64,000 nt of DNA from a virus: IMG/VR virus record IMGVR_UViG_3300045988_157201, one strand, 5' to 3'. The first letter of the stretch is position 1, and each line of letters begins with the position of its first letter. The notes beneath the pieces were generated by a model. That model worked only from the letters and a program-made list of their open reading frames with translations. It was not told the DNA's origin and searched no databases. This document shows positions 36,696 through 45,769 of this stretch, piece after piece. The translations under genes and the position numbers were made by a program.

Positions 36696-36831
36696 AGGTA
36701 TTTTTTAAAATCCACTTTGGATAGATTAATAACAAGGGTGTAAATAGATATTCTTTAAAATCCACTTTGGATAGATTAATAAAATTTTTTAAACGAATAT
36801 TGTTTAAAATCCCATACGGAGAGATTTATAA
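36696..36831. repeat. three 37-bp direct repeats phased at 50/49 bp
   Basis: Copies at 36696-36732 and 36746-36782 share 35/37 positions (AGrTATTyTTTAAAATCCACTTTGGATAGATTAATAA). A degenerate third copy at 36795-36831 shares 28/37. Each has an internal TCCA-N3-TGGA dyad. Confidence 0.85.
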
Positions 36832-36933
36832 AAAAATAAAGCATTAACATTAACAGCATCGCTACTGTTAAATATTATTATAGCATAACTTTTATAAAAG
36901 TCAACACATTCTATTTAAATTCTTAGAATAATA

Positions 36934-36962
36934 TTGATTTTTTAAATACAACGCTATATAAT
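36934..36962 (+). promoter_or_regulatory. promoter (TTGATT-17 nt-TATAAT) upstream of 36998 ORF
   Basis: TTGATT 36934-36939 and TATAAT 36957-36962. Confidence 0.5.
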
Positions 36963-36997
36963 ATAAATAAAAAAATATAAAAAAAGAGTGCTGTATT

Positions 36998-37873
36998 ATG
37001 ACGGATATTAGTTTTAAAAATCTATCAAACAAAACAACTATTGAAGTTTCTCCAACCTTTTTAGATAAAATTGCTAAAGAAGCATTGCCAAAAATAAACA
37101 ATTCATTTGTTCCACCTTTATTCAGTGAATACTGTATATCTATCATTGAAAAGAATGGCAATTTTAATTATTTTAAAACAAATCTTATTTTAGAAGATAA
37201 AACATTCAATTCTTTACCGCAGGAAATCCAAGACAAACTTGTTACTGAAACTTTAAGAGAAAATAATTGTTCAGTTGATGAGATAAGTGTAATATATGTC
37301 AAATACACTTCGGCAACTGAATGGACTATTATATTTTTTGACGGTTGTTTTCATAAGAAAATATTTACCGTAGACTGTGAATATGGTGTAGATAACAAAC
37401 AAGGATATTTCTCTACAATAAGGCAATTTTCTAACAAATATTCAAAGTCAGAAATGCAAGCTATTGTTGAAAAATATATTTTTTGGATGCTTTGTGTTAG
37501 TTGGTATATGCAAAATATTAATAATTTTATTGAATATGATTTTATTCAAGTAGACAAACTATCACCAAAGAAAAGAAAGAATGATACAGTATCAAATAGC
37601 AAACAAACCAACAATAAATATGTCCAAAAAATAAAAATAAAATCAAAAAAGAAAAAATATATCTTAAATGAACAAACTGTTAAGCCTAAAAAGACCTATA
37701 ATAGAGTAAAAACTTGTTGGTATGTAAGAGGATATTATCAGAGGTTTGGAAAAGATAAAACACTAAAGTATATTCCACCACGAATAAATTATCGTGATAA
37801 AGAAAAGATTGAGGACAACAGGAAGTTACCTTTTTATAAACAAACCTATCAGCTTATTGATGATAAATCGTAA
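36998..37873 (+). CDS. hypothetical protein with highly basic central linker
   Basis: 291 aa. A KKRK...KIKIKSKKKK stretch then CWYVRGYYQRFGKDKTLKYIPP. No family assigned. Confidence 0.55.
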   Translation: MTDISFKNLSNKTTIEVSPTFLDKIAKEALPKINNSFVPPLFSEYCISIIEKNGNFNYFKTNLILEDKTFNSLPQEIQDKLVTETLRENNCSVDEISVIYVKYTSATEWTIIFFDGCFHKKIFTVDCEYGVDNKQGYFSTIRQFSNKYSKSEMQAIVEKYIFWMLCVSWYMQNINNFIEYDFIQVDKLSPKKRKNDTVSNSKQTNNKYVQKIKIKSKKKKYILNEQTVKPKKTYNRVKTCWYVRGYYQRFGKDKTLKYIPPRINYRDKEKIEDNRKLPFYKQTYQLIDDKS

Positions 37874-37877
37874 AAAA

Positions 37878-37907
37878 TAGGGATGTGCAAATTAACGCAC
37901 ATCCCTA
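37878..37907. terminator. bidirectional terminator between convergent arms
   Basis: 11-bp stem TAGGGATGTGC/GCACATCCCTA with an 8-nt loop. TTTTTT follows on the - strand and a T-rich tract on the + strand. Confidence 0.7.
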
Positions 37908-37958
37908 AACTATTTATTTTCTTTATAATATAAAATGATAATCGTTCTTGTTTATTAT

Positions 37959-38162
37959 TTATTCAGTCACTTCTGGCAAGCCACCAATGCTTGTAAGCAT
38001 AGAAAGCAAACCCGCTAATACACTTGCAGATACAACAGCAACCCAATTTACATCGCTAATCATTACAGTAGCACCGATAGTAGCAACAGCAGTCTGTGCT
38101 ACCGTCTTTATAGCACGAACACCTGCACACTTTAACCAAAGTTTCCAATTAGTCTTTTTCAT
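37959..38162 (-). CDS. holin (LL-H/phi-LC3-like family pattern)
   Basis: MKKTNWKLWLKCAGVRAIKTVAQTAVATIG...VNWVAVVSASVLAGLLSMLTSIGGLPE. The second ATG is 7 nt after AGGAGGA. Confidence 0.7.
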   Translation of the reverse strand: MKKTNWKLWLKCAGVRAIKTVAQTAVATIGATVMISDVNWVAVVSASVLAGLLSMLTSIGGLPEVTE

Positions 38163-38178
38163 ACACATTCCTCCTACT

Positions 38179-38418
38179 TTACTGTTTATTTTCTAAATTA
38201 TTAATTCTCTGATTTAAATTGCCAATTTCTTCATTAATAACGGCGTCTTGCGTTTCAAGATGATAAACTCTTTCGATTACACTGTTGTGTTTGTCTACTT
38301 TTTCTTCAAGCTGTTTAATACGGTACAATGTTAATTTTGAACTTGCAATAATACCTAAAATCGAGCCAATAGCAGAACCACCTAAACCTATTAAAGCGAC
38401 AATTACTTCTGTTGTCAT
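38179..38418 (-). CDS. membrane-anchored coiled-coil protein, lysis accessory/holin-like
   Basis: N-terminal TM VIVALIGLGGSAIGSILGIIA then heptad-like LEEKVDKHNSVIERV...NLNQRINNLENK. Confidence 0.45.
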   Translation of the reverse strand: MTTEVIVALIGLGGSAIGSILGIIASSKLTLYRIKQLEEKVDKHNSVIERVYHLETQDAVINEEIGNLNQRINNLENKQ

Positions 38419-38436
38419 TACTTCACTTCCTTATGC

Positions 38437-39405
38437 TTATGTAAGTGTAATCTGCACACGGTCAATGGCTTTACCATTTTTACCTGCATAGCCGTCCTGT
38501 CTTGTATCTTCCTCGGTATTATGTTGCCAATCGTACCAATAATTATTGCCTTGCCCACAAACCTTATAAGTAGCTTTATAATCACCAACACCACTAAATT
38601 CAATTTGAATAGTATCAATAACTTTACCGAGAATACCAGCATAACCATTATTGCTATCTGCCTTATTATAACCGTCTACCCAGTCAAGCCAATCACCGTC
38701 ACGAAGATGTACCCTATATCTGATATTACCTTCCGATACCTTAATCATAAGACCGCTGATAGCCTGTTTGAATCTACCTGCAACACCACCAAGACCTTTT
38801 ACCTCTCTGTACCATTTACCGTCTGCGTAAACACGATATGTAATAGTTGGCTTCTTTGGCTTTGAATTACCACCAAGTTGTTTTGTAACCTTCTTGGCTA
38901 AATCACCCAAACGGTTATAAAGCCAATCACCCGGACAAGCCTTGTTATCAAACCATCTATGCACTGTAATAATCATCTCATCCGATTTCGGACTGTAATC
39001 AAGTGTCTTATTCTTATCATTAAACCACAAGAGCTTTTTCTTGCCATTACGCTTGCAAATATCAACACAGAGTTTTATAAGACTGTGGTAAACATTGCTG
39101 TTCATCTCGTAAGGATGATATGTTTCACTTGCACACTCAATGGTGACTGCTCTCTGGTCGTTACTATTGCTCGAAGAACACCAAGAACGATTACCCTCGT
39201 CAACGCAGAGTAACATTCTACCATCCGCACCGATACCGTAGTTACAGCTTGCCTCTCGGTTGGTATCCATAAAGATATTGCCGAGCGTTTCAACCGAACA
39301 CTGACCGACAACACAGTGAGGAGTAATGCGGTCAATACTATGTGTTCTTGCTCCCGAATGATTCGGACTAAGTTTTGTGTAACTAACAAGTTTTGAATTA
39401 CTCAT
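38437..39405 (-). CDS. endolysin: N-acetylmuramoyl-L-alanine amidase (Amidase_2-like) with three ChW-like wall-binding repeats
   Basis: ITPHCVVGQ...ASCNYGIGADGRMLLCV...RAVTIECA. The C-terminus has three repeats of the pattern Y(R/K)V..-W..W--GYAG..GK.ID.IQI. Confidence 0.8.
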   Translation of the reverse strand: MSNSKLVSYTKLSPNHSGARTHSIDRITPHCVVGQCSVETLGNIFMDTNREASCNYGIGADGRMLLCVDEGNRSWCSSSNSNDQRAVTIECASETYHPYEMNSNVYHSLIKLCVDICKRNGKKKLLWFNDKNKTLDYSPKSDEMIITVHRWFDNKACPGDWLYNRLGDLAKKVTKQLGGNSKPKKPTITYRVYADGKWYREVKGLGGVAGRFKQAISGLMIKVSEGNIRYRVHLRDGDWLDWVDGYNKADSNNGYAGILGKVIDTIQIEFSGVGDYKATYKVCGQGNNYWYDWQHNTEEDTRQDGYAGKNGKAIDRVQITLT

Positions 39406-39417
39406 AAAATTTCCTCC

Positions 39418-39446
39418 TTGCCTTTTATATTTTAATATGATATAAT
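39418..39446 (+). promoter_or_regulatory. promoter (TTGCCT-17 nt-TATAAT) driving the opposite-strand membrane-protein gene
   Basis: TTGCCT 39418-39423 and TATAAT 39441-39446. The transcript would be antisense to the 39447-39602 ORF. Confidence 0.45.
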
Positions 39447-39602
39447 TTAATTAGATTTATCGTCATTGTTTTTTTTGTTATCATTATTTTCGTCATAATG
39501 TTGACAAAGTAATTCAATTCCAACTACAATCGTTCCAATAATTACAATAGATAATATTATTGGAAACATTATTGGTGATACATTATTAAAAATAAAATTC
39601 AT
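39447..39602 (-). CDS. 51-aa single-TM protein upstream of endolysin (possible holin/antiholin)
   Basis: MNFIFNNVSPIMFPIILSIVIIGTIVVGIELLCQHYDENNDNKKNNDDKSN. Below the ORF-track size cut-off and co-oriented with the lysis genes. Confidence 0.35.
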   Translation of the reverse strand: MNFIFNNVSPIMFPIILSIVIIGTIVVGIELLCQHYDENNDNKKNNDDKSN

Positions 39603-39623
39603 AAGAACAAAACACCCTTTTCT

Positions 39624-40202
39624 TTGATAAATAATAATATGAAAAATAAATTAAAAACCATATGTAAAAACTTATATAAAAAATTAAAAAGTAATGAATC
39701 AAGAACTAAAATACTTGTTGCGTTATTTTTAACAGGAACAATATTCTTAATAATAGGAATATATAGAAAAAACATAGGACAACATTCCGACAACTTCACA
39801 TATATAACATCTATTTCTTTTGCTATTTGGTGGATTTTAATGCCCATTACTGGAGCGGAGAAAGATAAAGTCGCCAAGAAAACCTGTATTTATATATTAA
39901 TGACCTCAGTCACTCTTTATACATTATCTTATTGTTTAAACATATTTTTTATAGCAAGTCCTACAACATCACAATTAATTCTTTCTGCAATATTGATATT
40001 TACAGTTGTAATCTTTTTTGTTGATGTTTTTCAAACATTGTTTCATATAGTGTTACCGCTTATAAGTAAGGCGTGGGGCAAACTTTCGTCAAAAGAACCA
40101 AGCCCATTTATGAATTTCATCAAGAATACTATGGCTGGATTAGTAACTGTTACAGCCTTTATCACAGCCATAGCTGGTCTAATTAAATTATTTACACCTT
40201 AA
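39624..40202 (+). CDS. polytopic membrane protein (moron; candidate superinfection-exclusion/conversion gene)
   Basis: Four to five hydrophobic segments. Opposite strand to the whole late arm. Start is TTG 39624 or ATG 39639, neither with a clear SD. Has its own terminator. Confidence 0.6.
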   Translation: MINNNMKNKLKTICKNLYKKLKSNESRTKILVALFLTGTIFLIIGIYRKNIGQHSDNFTYITSISFAIWWILMPITGAEKDKVAKKTCIYILMTSVTLYTLSYCLNIFFIASPTTSQLILSAILIFTVVIFFVDVFQTLFHIVLPLISKAWGKLSSKEPSPFMNFIKNTMAGLVTVTAFITAIAGLIKLFTP

Positions 40203-40223
40203 AAATAAAATATAAATTCTATC

Positions 40224-40255
40224 AATGGAGTAACAAAGCGTTACTCCATTTTTTT
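40224..40255 (+). terminator. rho-independent terminator
   Basis: 11-bp stem AATGGAGTAAC/GTTACTCCATT, loop AAAGC, then TTTTT. Confidence 0.75.
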
Positions 40256-40300
40256 AACAGTTTGCTTTTGTATTATCAACAATTAAATGTCTATAAATCA

Positions 40301-42295
40301 TCACTCTACCTCGTTTCCGTCAACTGTAACTTTCCAATCACAGCGCTCCGCAGGTGCAGAATACATCTTTTTGACTTCTGAAATATTAATACACTTTTCA
40401 ATATTAACAGTGCTTGGAGTATCAGAATATGCGCCTTTGAGAGTTCTTGCTTGGATTTCCGTTCCACCAAAATCACAATTTCTGATTGTAATATTCGAGC
40501 CTGTTTTCATATGTAAGCCGAAGCTGCTATTATCTGCATTATCGTGATTTTGATAACCTATCGTGCAATGCGTAGGTATGATTTTACAATTTTCAATTAA
40601 GCCGACTTCGCCAAAGCTATGACCGCAACCAAAAACTGGCACTGTTGTTTTATCTGCATAATCTACGCAATCAGCACGACCGCCCCACTTGAAAATACAA
40701 TTTGCCACAACCCAATTTGTCGCATAACCTGTTCCACCACTCTCAAGGTGTATGCCATACCTGATATTTTTACAATCAAATGTAAAACCTTTGATGTGAG
40801 TATGGACATTCAAATCAAGATGAAACGGACATTTTTTGATTATATCCCCAGATTTCAAAGTAGACTTATCAAAGCCTGTTGCTCCGTCCCACTTGATTAC
40901 AGTAGCTTGCGGATTGTATATGTTTTCGGACTCATAGTAAACATAGTCTTTAGTCATTACTCCTCTGTAACCTACAAGTCCCACATCGGACATTCCTGCA
41001 AACTTGTCTTGCATATCGGTATATGTGCCAGCCATAACAACAATAGTATATCTATTATGATAACTGTTATCAGAAAAGCTATCATTAGCAGACTGAATAG
41101 AATTGAACTTCGTAACCCCAAACCCCTCAGTGGTTTCATTGTAATCGTTTGAAACATACAAATAATGCATTGTGTAATCAGGGGCTTGATACAGTTCAGG
41201 CTTAATATGAGACTTTATCAAGTCAGGGTTAGAATAAGCTGTACGCTTGTTATTCTGTTCAAGTTGAAGATTACAACTGTTGTCAACAAGTCTATTTGTA
41301 GCAACTGCAATTTTAATCGAATTTACGGTTGCATTTTCTGTCGCTCTATAAGTGGCCGCTGCATTTTTAAAAGCACTAACTTCTGACAAGAGCCAAGATG
41401 AACTAATTGCCGTCTGCTCATTTGCAGGATAGAACACACAACCGCCGTTTGTAATATTAGCAAAATTCTGCAACGATAAGCAATACGCTTTGCCTTGTTC
41501 AAGAGTAACCGCACGCTTGAGCTTGAGATAAAAATTAACCGCAGCGGTAGATGTGCCGCTCAAACTGATTTTATTATTTTTAACAGAAACAGTAACTCCA
41601 CTTGCTGTCTGTTCTGTATCTTCAAGTGAACTAAGATTAATACTTTTTGTTATATCTAAAAGAGAACTTTCATCAAGTTTATTGTTTAAAAGGTTTGTCA
41701 TTTCAACTTTTGTATAAGCATTGTTTATCCCATAACCTTCAAGCGTAGTTGACTTATTAGCTTTTGCAATCTCAATCTTTTCTAACGCTTGAGTTATTGC
41801 CTTATTCGTCAAAGGATTTACCGAAATATCACTAAGTTCTGTATCCATAGCGACAGTACCCTCAGGTGTTAAAACAGCCACTTTAGCCAACGCCTCAACT
41901 AAAGCTGTGAAGAAGTTTGATTTTTCAATCTCTTGGTTTGCAACTGACGAATATGTAACAATATTAATACCACCAAAAGACAAAGTTCCTTCATCACTCT
42001 GCACAACAATCTCTCCTGCTGATGTTCCTCTGTTAGCTGTCAAAGCCCCATTAACAGGCAACTCAACTTTTCCTTTAATTGCAGAAAGAGTATTGACAGT
42101 AAGACAACAAGCGTTGCCTTTAGAGTCAGTGGCTTTGTAAAAAATGTTTGTGCTATCGCTCAAATCTATTGGCTCGTCACCGTCACACAGAATAAAAACA
42201 GGATGTTTAATCAATGCTTCATTCTGATATGTTACAATATTTACATTATTATTTATCCAACAATTTACTTTGTATTGAATATTTTTTGCTTTCAA
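40301..42295 (-). CDS. tail fibre / receptor-binding protein with C-terminal parallel beta-helix (pectate-lyase-like) region
   Basis: Position just after Tal. Repetitive N/G/C-rich turns NCIFKWGGRADCVDY...ENCKIIPTHCTIGYQNHDN...IRNCDFGGTEIQ. TTG after GAGGTGA. Confidence 0.55.
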   Translation of the reverse strand: MKAKNIQYKVNCWINNNVNIVTYQNEALIKHPVFILCDGDEPIDLSDSTNIFYKATDSKGNACCLTVNTLSAIKGKVELPVNGALTANRGTSAGEIVVQSDEGTLSFGGINIVTYSSVANQEIEKSNFFTALVEALAKVAVLTPEGTVAMDTELSDISVNPLTNKAITQALEKIEIAKANKSTTLEGYGINNAYTKVEMTNLLNNKLDESSLLDITKSINLSSLEDTEQTASGVTVSVKNNKISLSGTSTAAVNFYLKLKRAVTLEQGKAYCLSLQNFANITNGGCVFYPANEQTAISSSWLLSEVSAFKNAAATYRATENATVNSIKIAVATNRLVDNSCNLQLEQNNKRTAYSNPDLIKSHIKPELYQAPDYTMHYLYVSNDYNETTEGFGVTKFNSIQSANDSFSDNSYHNRYTIVVMAGTYTDMQDKFAGMSDVGLVGYRGVMTKDYVYYESENIYNPQATVIKWDGATGFDKSTLKSGDIIKKCPFHLDLNVHTHIKGFTFDCKNIRYGIHLESGGTGYATNWVVANCIFKWGGRADCVDYADKTTVPVFGCGHSFGEVGLIENCKIIPTHCTIGYQNHDNADNSSFGLHMKTGSNITIRNCDFGGTEIQARTLKGAYSDTPSTVNIEKCINISEVKKMYSAPAERCDWKVTVDGNEVE

Positions 42296-42309
42296 GTTAT
42301 CACCTCATT

Positions 42310-44847
42310 CTATTCACTGAAAGTCCAAGCTGACTCAATAACACTTGTTTGATTTATAGTGCTAAATAGTTTTGTAAATTTCATTTTTAAAGGTTTTGTA
42401 TTATAGTCTGTATTAAAAGTCAAACTGAAATCAGTATCATCGTCATACCTAATGTGCATAGCCATAAAAACAGGATATTGACAAATCCCTGACTTCGTTT
42501 CTAAAATTACAGAATATCCTAAATACATATCTTCTATATTAAATTCGTTGATTTTTAAAATATTTGCTGTACCAACGCTAAATTCATAGCAGTGCTTGCT
42601 TATATAAGAATTAAAATCCGATATTACTTCGTTATAAATACTATCCAAAGTATTTATAATATCTGTGGAGGTATAAGTATCACTAAAGGTGGCATTTTCG
42701 TTAGTCCAATCTCCCTCAATAATAAAATCATTCAATGCCAAAATTTCTTTTGATGATAATATTGAGGTGTTTATACCTTTGCTTTCCTTATCTTTAACCA
42801 TCTTGTAATTCAATGAAAACTTAAGAGAAATTTCTTTCATTTTATTATAGTTTTGGTTGTAAGATTTAAGGGCATTATCATAAGACTTCCTTACATTTTC
42901 ATAAGCATTTGCGGCTTCATATAATTCATTATATAAATTTTTACTATGATAATTTTTATAATCGTTAATCGGTTTATCACTTGATGTTAATTCCGCAGTT
43001 GCCAAAGGGTAGTCTGTTATATATTTAACTCCACTCGGATAACCGTTTGGATAATCGTCAGCTAAATAAATATTAATTTTATCAGCTACACTTCTATAAG
43101 AAGTTAACGCCTCTGAAACTTTAGTTTTTAGCTTAACTGTTTCAAGATTAGCTTCGATTAATTTCCGTGCATAATTAGTATAAGTGCTTCGATTATTTTC
43201 TATTTCTTTCAAAAAAGACTGAACTGCGGCAAGCAAAGTCCTGTTCTTGTCCTTATCAGCAATAAAATCCATATAACTTAAGTAACTATCAAAATTGTAT
43301 AAAATATTATTACCTGTCGGATTGATTAAGCCAAGTCCGTACTTATCATCTGCCGAATGAACTCTTAAAGCTGTGACGCATCTACTATCAGTAGTATGCA
43401 TATTTGTTTGTTTTATCGCATTATCCCAAGATAAATATAAGGAAGATTGACAACCTAATTTTCCACCAACAAATCCTTTAAGAGAATCTTCATCAACCGT
43501 ACCACTGATAATATGAATTAATTTTCTATCAGTATCAAAAATAAAGTAACATTGATATGCTGATTGTACATCGTTAATAAGAAACGAGTATAAATTTACA
43601 TTGTCCAAATCATCAAAAGTTCTATACTTTGAACAAACATTCGGAGAAATATATCCAATATTCCAAGTGGGAATAAAGTCTAATATCTGATTTATTAATC
43701 CCCTGTCCATTCTTTGCGGAGAGCAATAGGGAATAGGTACACTTGCTCCCGAAGTTGAGTAATCTCTAAGCCAAGTATTCCCCTGTACAACATCAACTAT
43801 TTTATCAGGAATATACAGAGGAAGTGTGCTTTTTGATAAAGAAAAAGTCTTTTTAGAAAGTGTATATTCATAACTATATGCTGTTATATTTTTATACGGA
43901 ATTACACCTTCGTTAATTTCTTCAATTGAAGTTACCACCCACCATTTTGCACCACAAGTAAATTCTTTCAATCCCTCAGATGAACCCTCAAAAGAAGTAC
44001 AATATCTTTGACCGCTGAACACTTTTATATAGCCATATTTAGGCGAGTAACCACGGTACGAGTCCTCACTACTTCCATCGTGTTCCAAGTCAAAGAATTC
44101 AATCCTAATGTAACCGGTTGTTAGTCGCTCTTCACTATCATCGTCATAAGGAAATTTAATCTCTACTCTACCTATTGGTAAATATTTAGCGTAGTGTTCT
44201 TCCATTCCTTCTTGAACACCAAGATAAGTTTTTGAATCAGCTTCTCTGTAATAATGAATACGATAACCAAATTTGTTACTACTTAGCATAGCCACAACAT
44301 CACCTGTGGATACTGGAATAAAATCTTCACAGGCATAATGTTTATACGCAGAAACACCGTCATAAACAGCAGATAAATTATCAGATTTGTCTAAAATAGA
44401 GCCGTTAGAATCGTTGATGTAACAGCCCCATCGCCAATTATATCCACTATTACTTCCAATATCAAACAGTTCTACTTCTTCTTTAACTTTAAAGCCTGAT
44501 AAATAATTATTCATTTCAAAAGTCATACTTGAATCAGGTCTGCCATCTTTATTGTTTAAATCAACAAAATAATTATCTTTTATTTTATTCCCACTAAATT
44601 TAAAATAATCATTATTGTCATTAAGATATAAAATGCTACCTTCAACAATATCGTCATAGCATTGATTGTCTATGTATTCATATGATTGCATATCATAGAT
44701 TTTTTGAGGGATTTTAAATGATAGTTCCGAAGCCGTACCAAATCTAATATCTTCTGAAAGATTATTAACACCGTTTATTTGACAAAGAATTTTACGCCTG
44801 TCTGGTGTGTATAAAACTATTTCTGGTATTTTATTTATTTTATTCAT
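42310..44847 (-). CDS. tail-associated protein (Tal-like baseplate hub / minor structural protein)
   Basis: 845 aa, immediately downstream of the Dit-like gene with an ATGA overlap. Confidence 0.55.
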   Translation of the reverse strand: MNKINKIPEIVLYTPDRRKILCQINGVNNLSEDIRFGTASELSFKIPQKIYDMQSYEYIDNQCYDDIVEGSILYLNDNNDYFKFSGNKIKDNYFVDLNNKDGRPDSSMTFEMNNYLSGFKVKEEVELFDIGSNSGYNWRWGCYINDSNGSILDKSDNLSAVYDGVSAYKHYACEDFIPVSTGDVVAMLSSNKFGYRIHYYREADSKTYLGVQEGMEEHYAKYLPIGRVEIKFPYDDDSEERLTTGYIRIEFFDLEHDGSSEDSYRGYSPKYGYIKVFSGQRYCTSFEGSSEGLKEFTCGAKWWVVTSIEEINEGVIPYKNITAYSYEYTLSKKTFSLSKSTLPLYIPDKIVDVVQGNTWLRDYSTSGASVPIPYCSPQRMDRGLINQILDFIPTWNIGYISPNVCSKYRTFDDLDNVNLYSFLINDVQSAYQCYFIFDTDRKLIHIISGTVDEDSLKGFVGGKLGCQSSLYLSWDNAIKQTNMHTTDSRCVTALRVHSADDKYGLGLINPTGNNILYNFDSYLSYMDFIADKDKNRTLLAAVQSFLKEIENNRSTYTNYARKLIEANLETVKLKTKVSEALTSYRSVADKINIYLADDYPNGYPSGVKYITDYPLATAELTSSDKPINDYKNYHSKNLYNELYEAANAYENVRKSYDNALKSYNQNYNKMKEISLKFSLNYKMVKDKESKGINTSILSSKEILALNDFIIEGDWTNENATFSDTYTSTDIINTLDSIYNEVISDFNSYISKHCYEFSVGTANILKINEFNIEDMYLGYSVILETKSGICQYPVFMAMHIRYDDDTDFSLTFNTDYNTKPLKMKFTKLFSTINQTSVIESAWTFSE

Positions 44848-45695
44848 TAAAAACCACCTAATCTATGTAAAGTCTTATACCTATAAGTGAGGCTCTCAAT
44901 ATAAGGTACTATACTTTCTTTTTCGTCTTGCTCATTCATCCAATAGGCAGAAAAATTTATTATATTAACTCCATTAATCATTTTTAATGGAGGGGAAAAA
45001 TTTAAGGGAGGTATTATAGAAATATTTGCACCTGTGCTCGAACTACAAGTGCCAAATTTTGTATTTATGTTATAAGTAACATTATTATCTGTCATTGTAT
45101 CAGACAAATAAATAGTTCCATTACTACCAAGCATTGTTAGATAAAAAACATCATTTTTCATTGTCTTACTAAACGGTTTTAGTTTTATTTCAATATTAGG
45201 AAAAACAAAAAAATCTTTTACCGTCTTTACATTTATTGAATGAGCTGCTAACAAATTATTAAAAGAAACTTCCTCGTCTTTGTACCAAAAACCACTTGCA
45301 TTTTGTAATGTACAACGAAAGCCCCTTAGTCCTTGTACATCAATAATATCTTCATCAGGGATAAGAATAGCGTTTAAATAATAATTTCTTCTTTCGTCTA
45401 TTGTCACAAAACGCTTATATCCATCTTGCCCAAATAGCCATTCTTTTACTTCATCAATTTTATCAATAGGAATTTCATTATCCAAACTTAATATCTCAAT
45501 TCCAAAACTAAGTGGTTTATCAGCATATTTCAAACCATACAGCAAATGGTCGGAAGCCTTTGGTAATACATCTGTAACAGCTTCGTATTCTGCACCAGTC
45601 GAAACACTCCCAAAAGCACTGCTTTCATAAACAAGCATTAAATTGTATTGGTTTGAATTTATCCCATTGTATTCAAATAAACACTCTCTATACAT
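44847..45695 (-). CDS. distal tail protein (Dit-like)
   Basis: Directly follows the tape measure. About 280 aa. ATG 45695 is 5 nt after AGGTGGTGA. Confidence 0.55.
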   Translation of the reverse strand: MYRECLFEYNGINSNQYNLMLVYESSAFGSVSTGAEYEAVTDVLPKASDHLLYGLKYADKPLSFGIEILSLDNEIPIDKIDEVKEWLFGQDGYKRFVTIDERRNYYLNAILIPDEDIIDVQGLRGFRCTLQNASGFWYKDEEVSFNNLLAAHSINVKTVKDFFVFPNIEIKLKPFSKTMKNDVFYLTMLGSNGTIYLSDTMTDNNVTYNINTKFGTCSSSTGANISIIPPLNFSPPLKMINGVNIINFSAYWMNEQDEKESIVPYIESLTYRYKTLHRLGGF

Positions 45696-45769
45696 AAATA
45701 TCACCACCTGTTCTTTCATATATAAGGCATAGACGGAAAATCACCTATGCCTTATTTTTATTTACTTGC

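Noticed and set aside
36696-36831. Possible phage-borne mini-CRISPR array (three similar repeats at regular spacing)
   Set aside because: Similarity extends over 37 bp, leaving only 12-13 bp between copies, far too short for spacers. There are only three copies, the third degenerate, and no cas genes or leader. Treated as protein-binding direct repeats instead.
38179-38418. XhlA-family haemolysin assignment for the coiled-coil membrane protein
   Set aside because: XhlA proteins as I recall them carry the TM segment at the C-terminus. This protein has it at the N-terminus. Kept only as a generic lysis-accessory candidate.
40301-44847. Diversity-generating retroelement acting on the tail fibre / Tal genes
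   Set aside because: No reverse-transcriptase-like ORF anywhere in the window. No template/variable repeat pair was noticed near the 3' ends of these genes.
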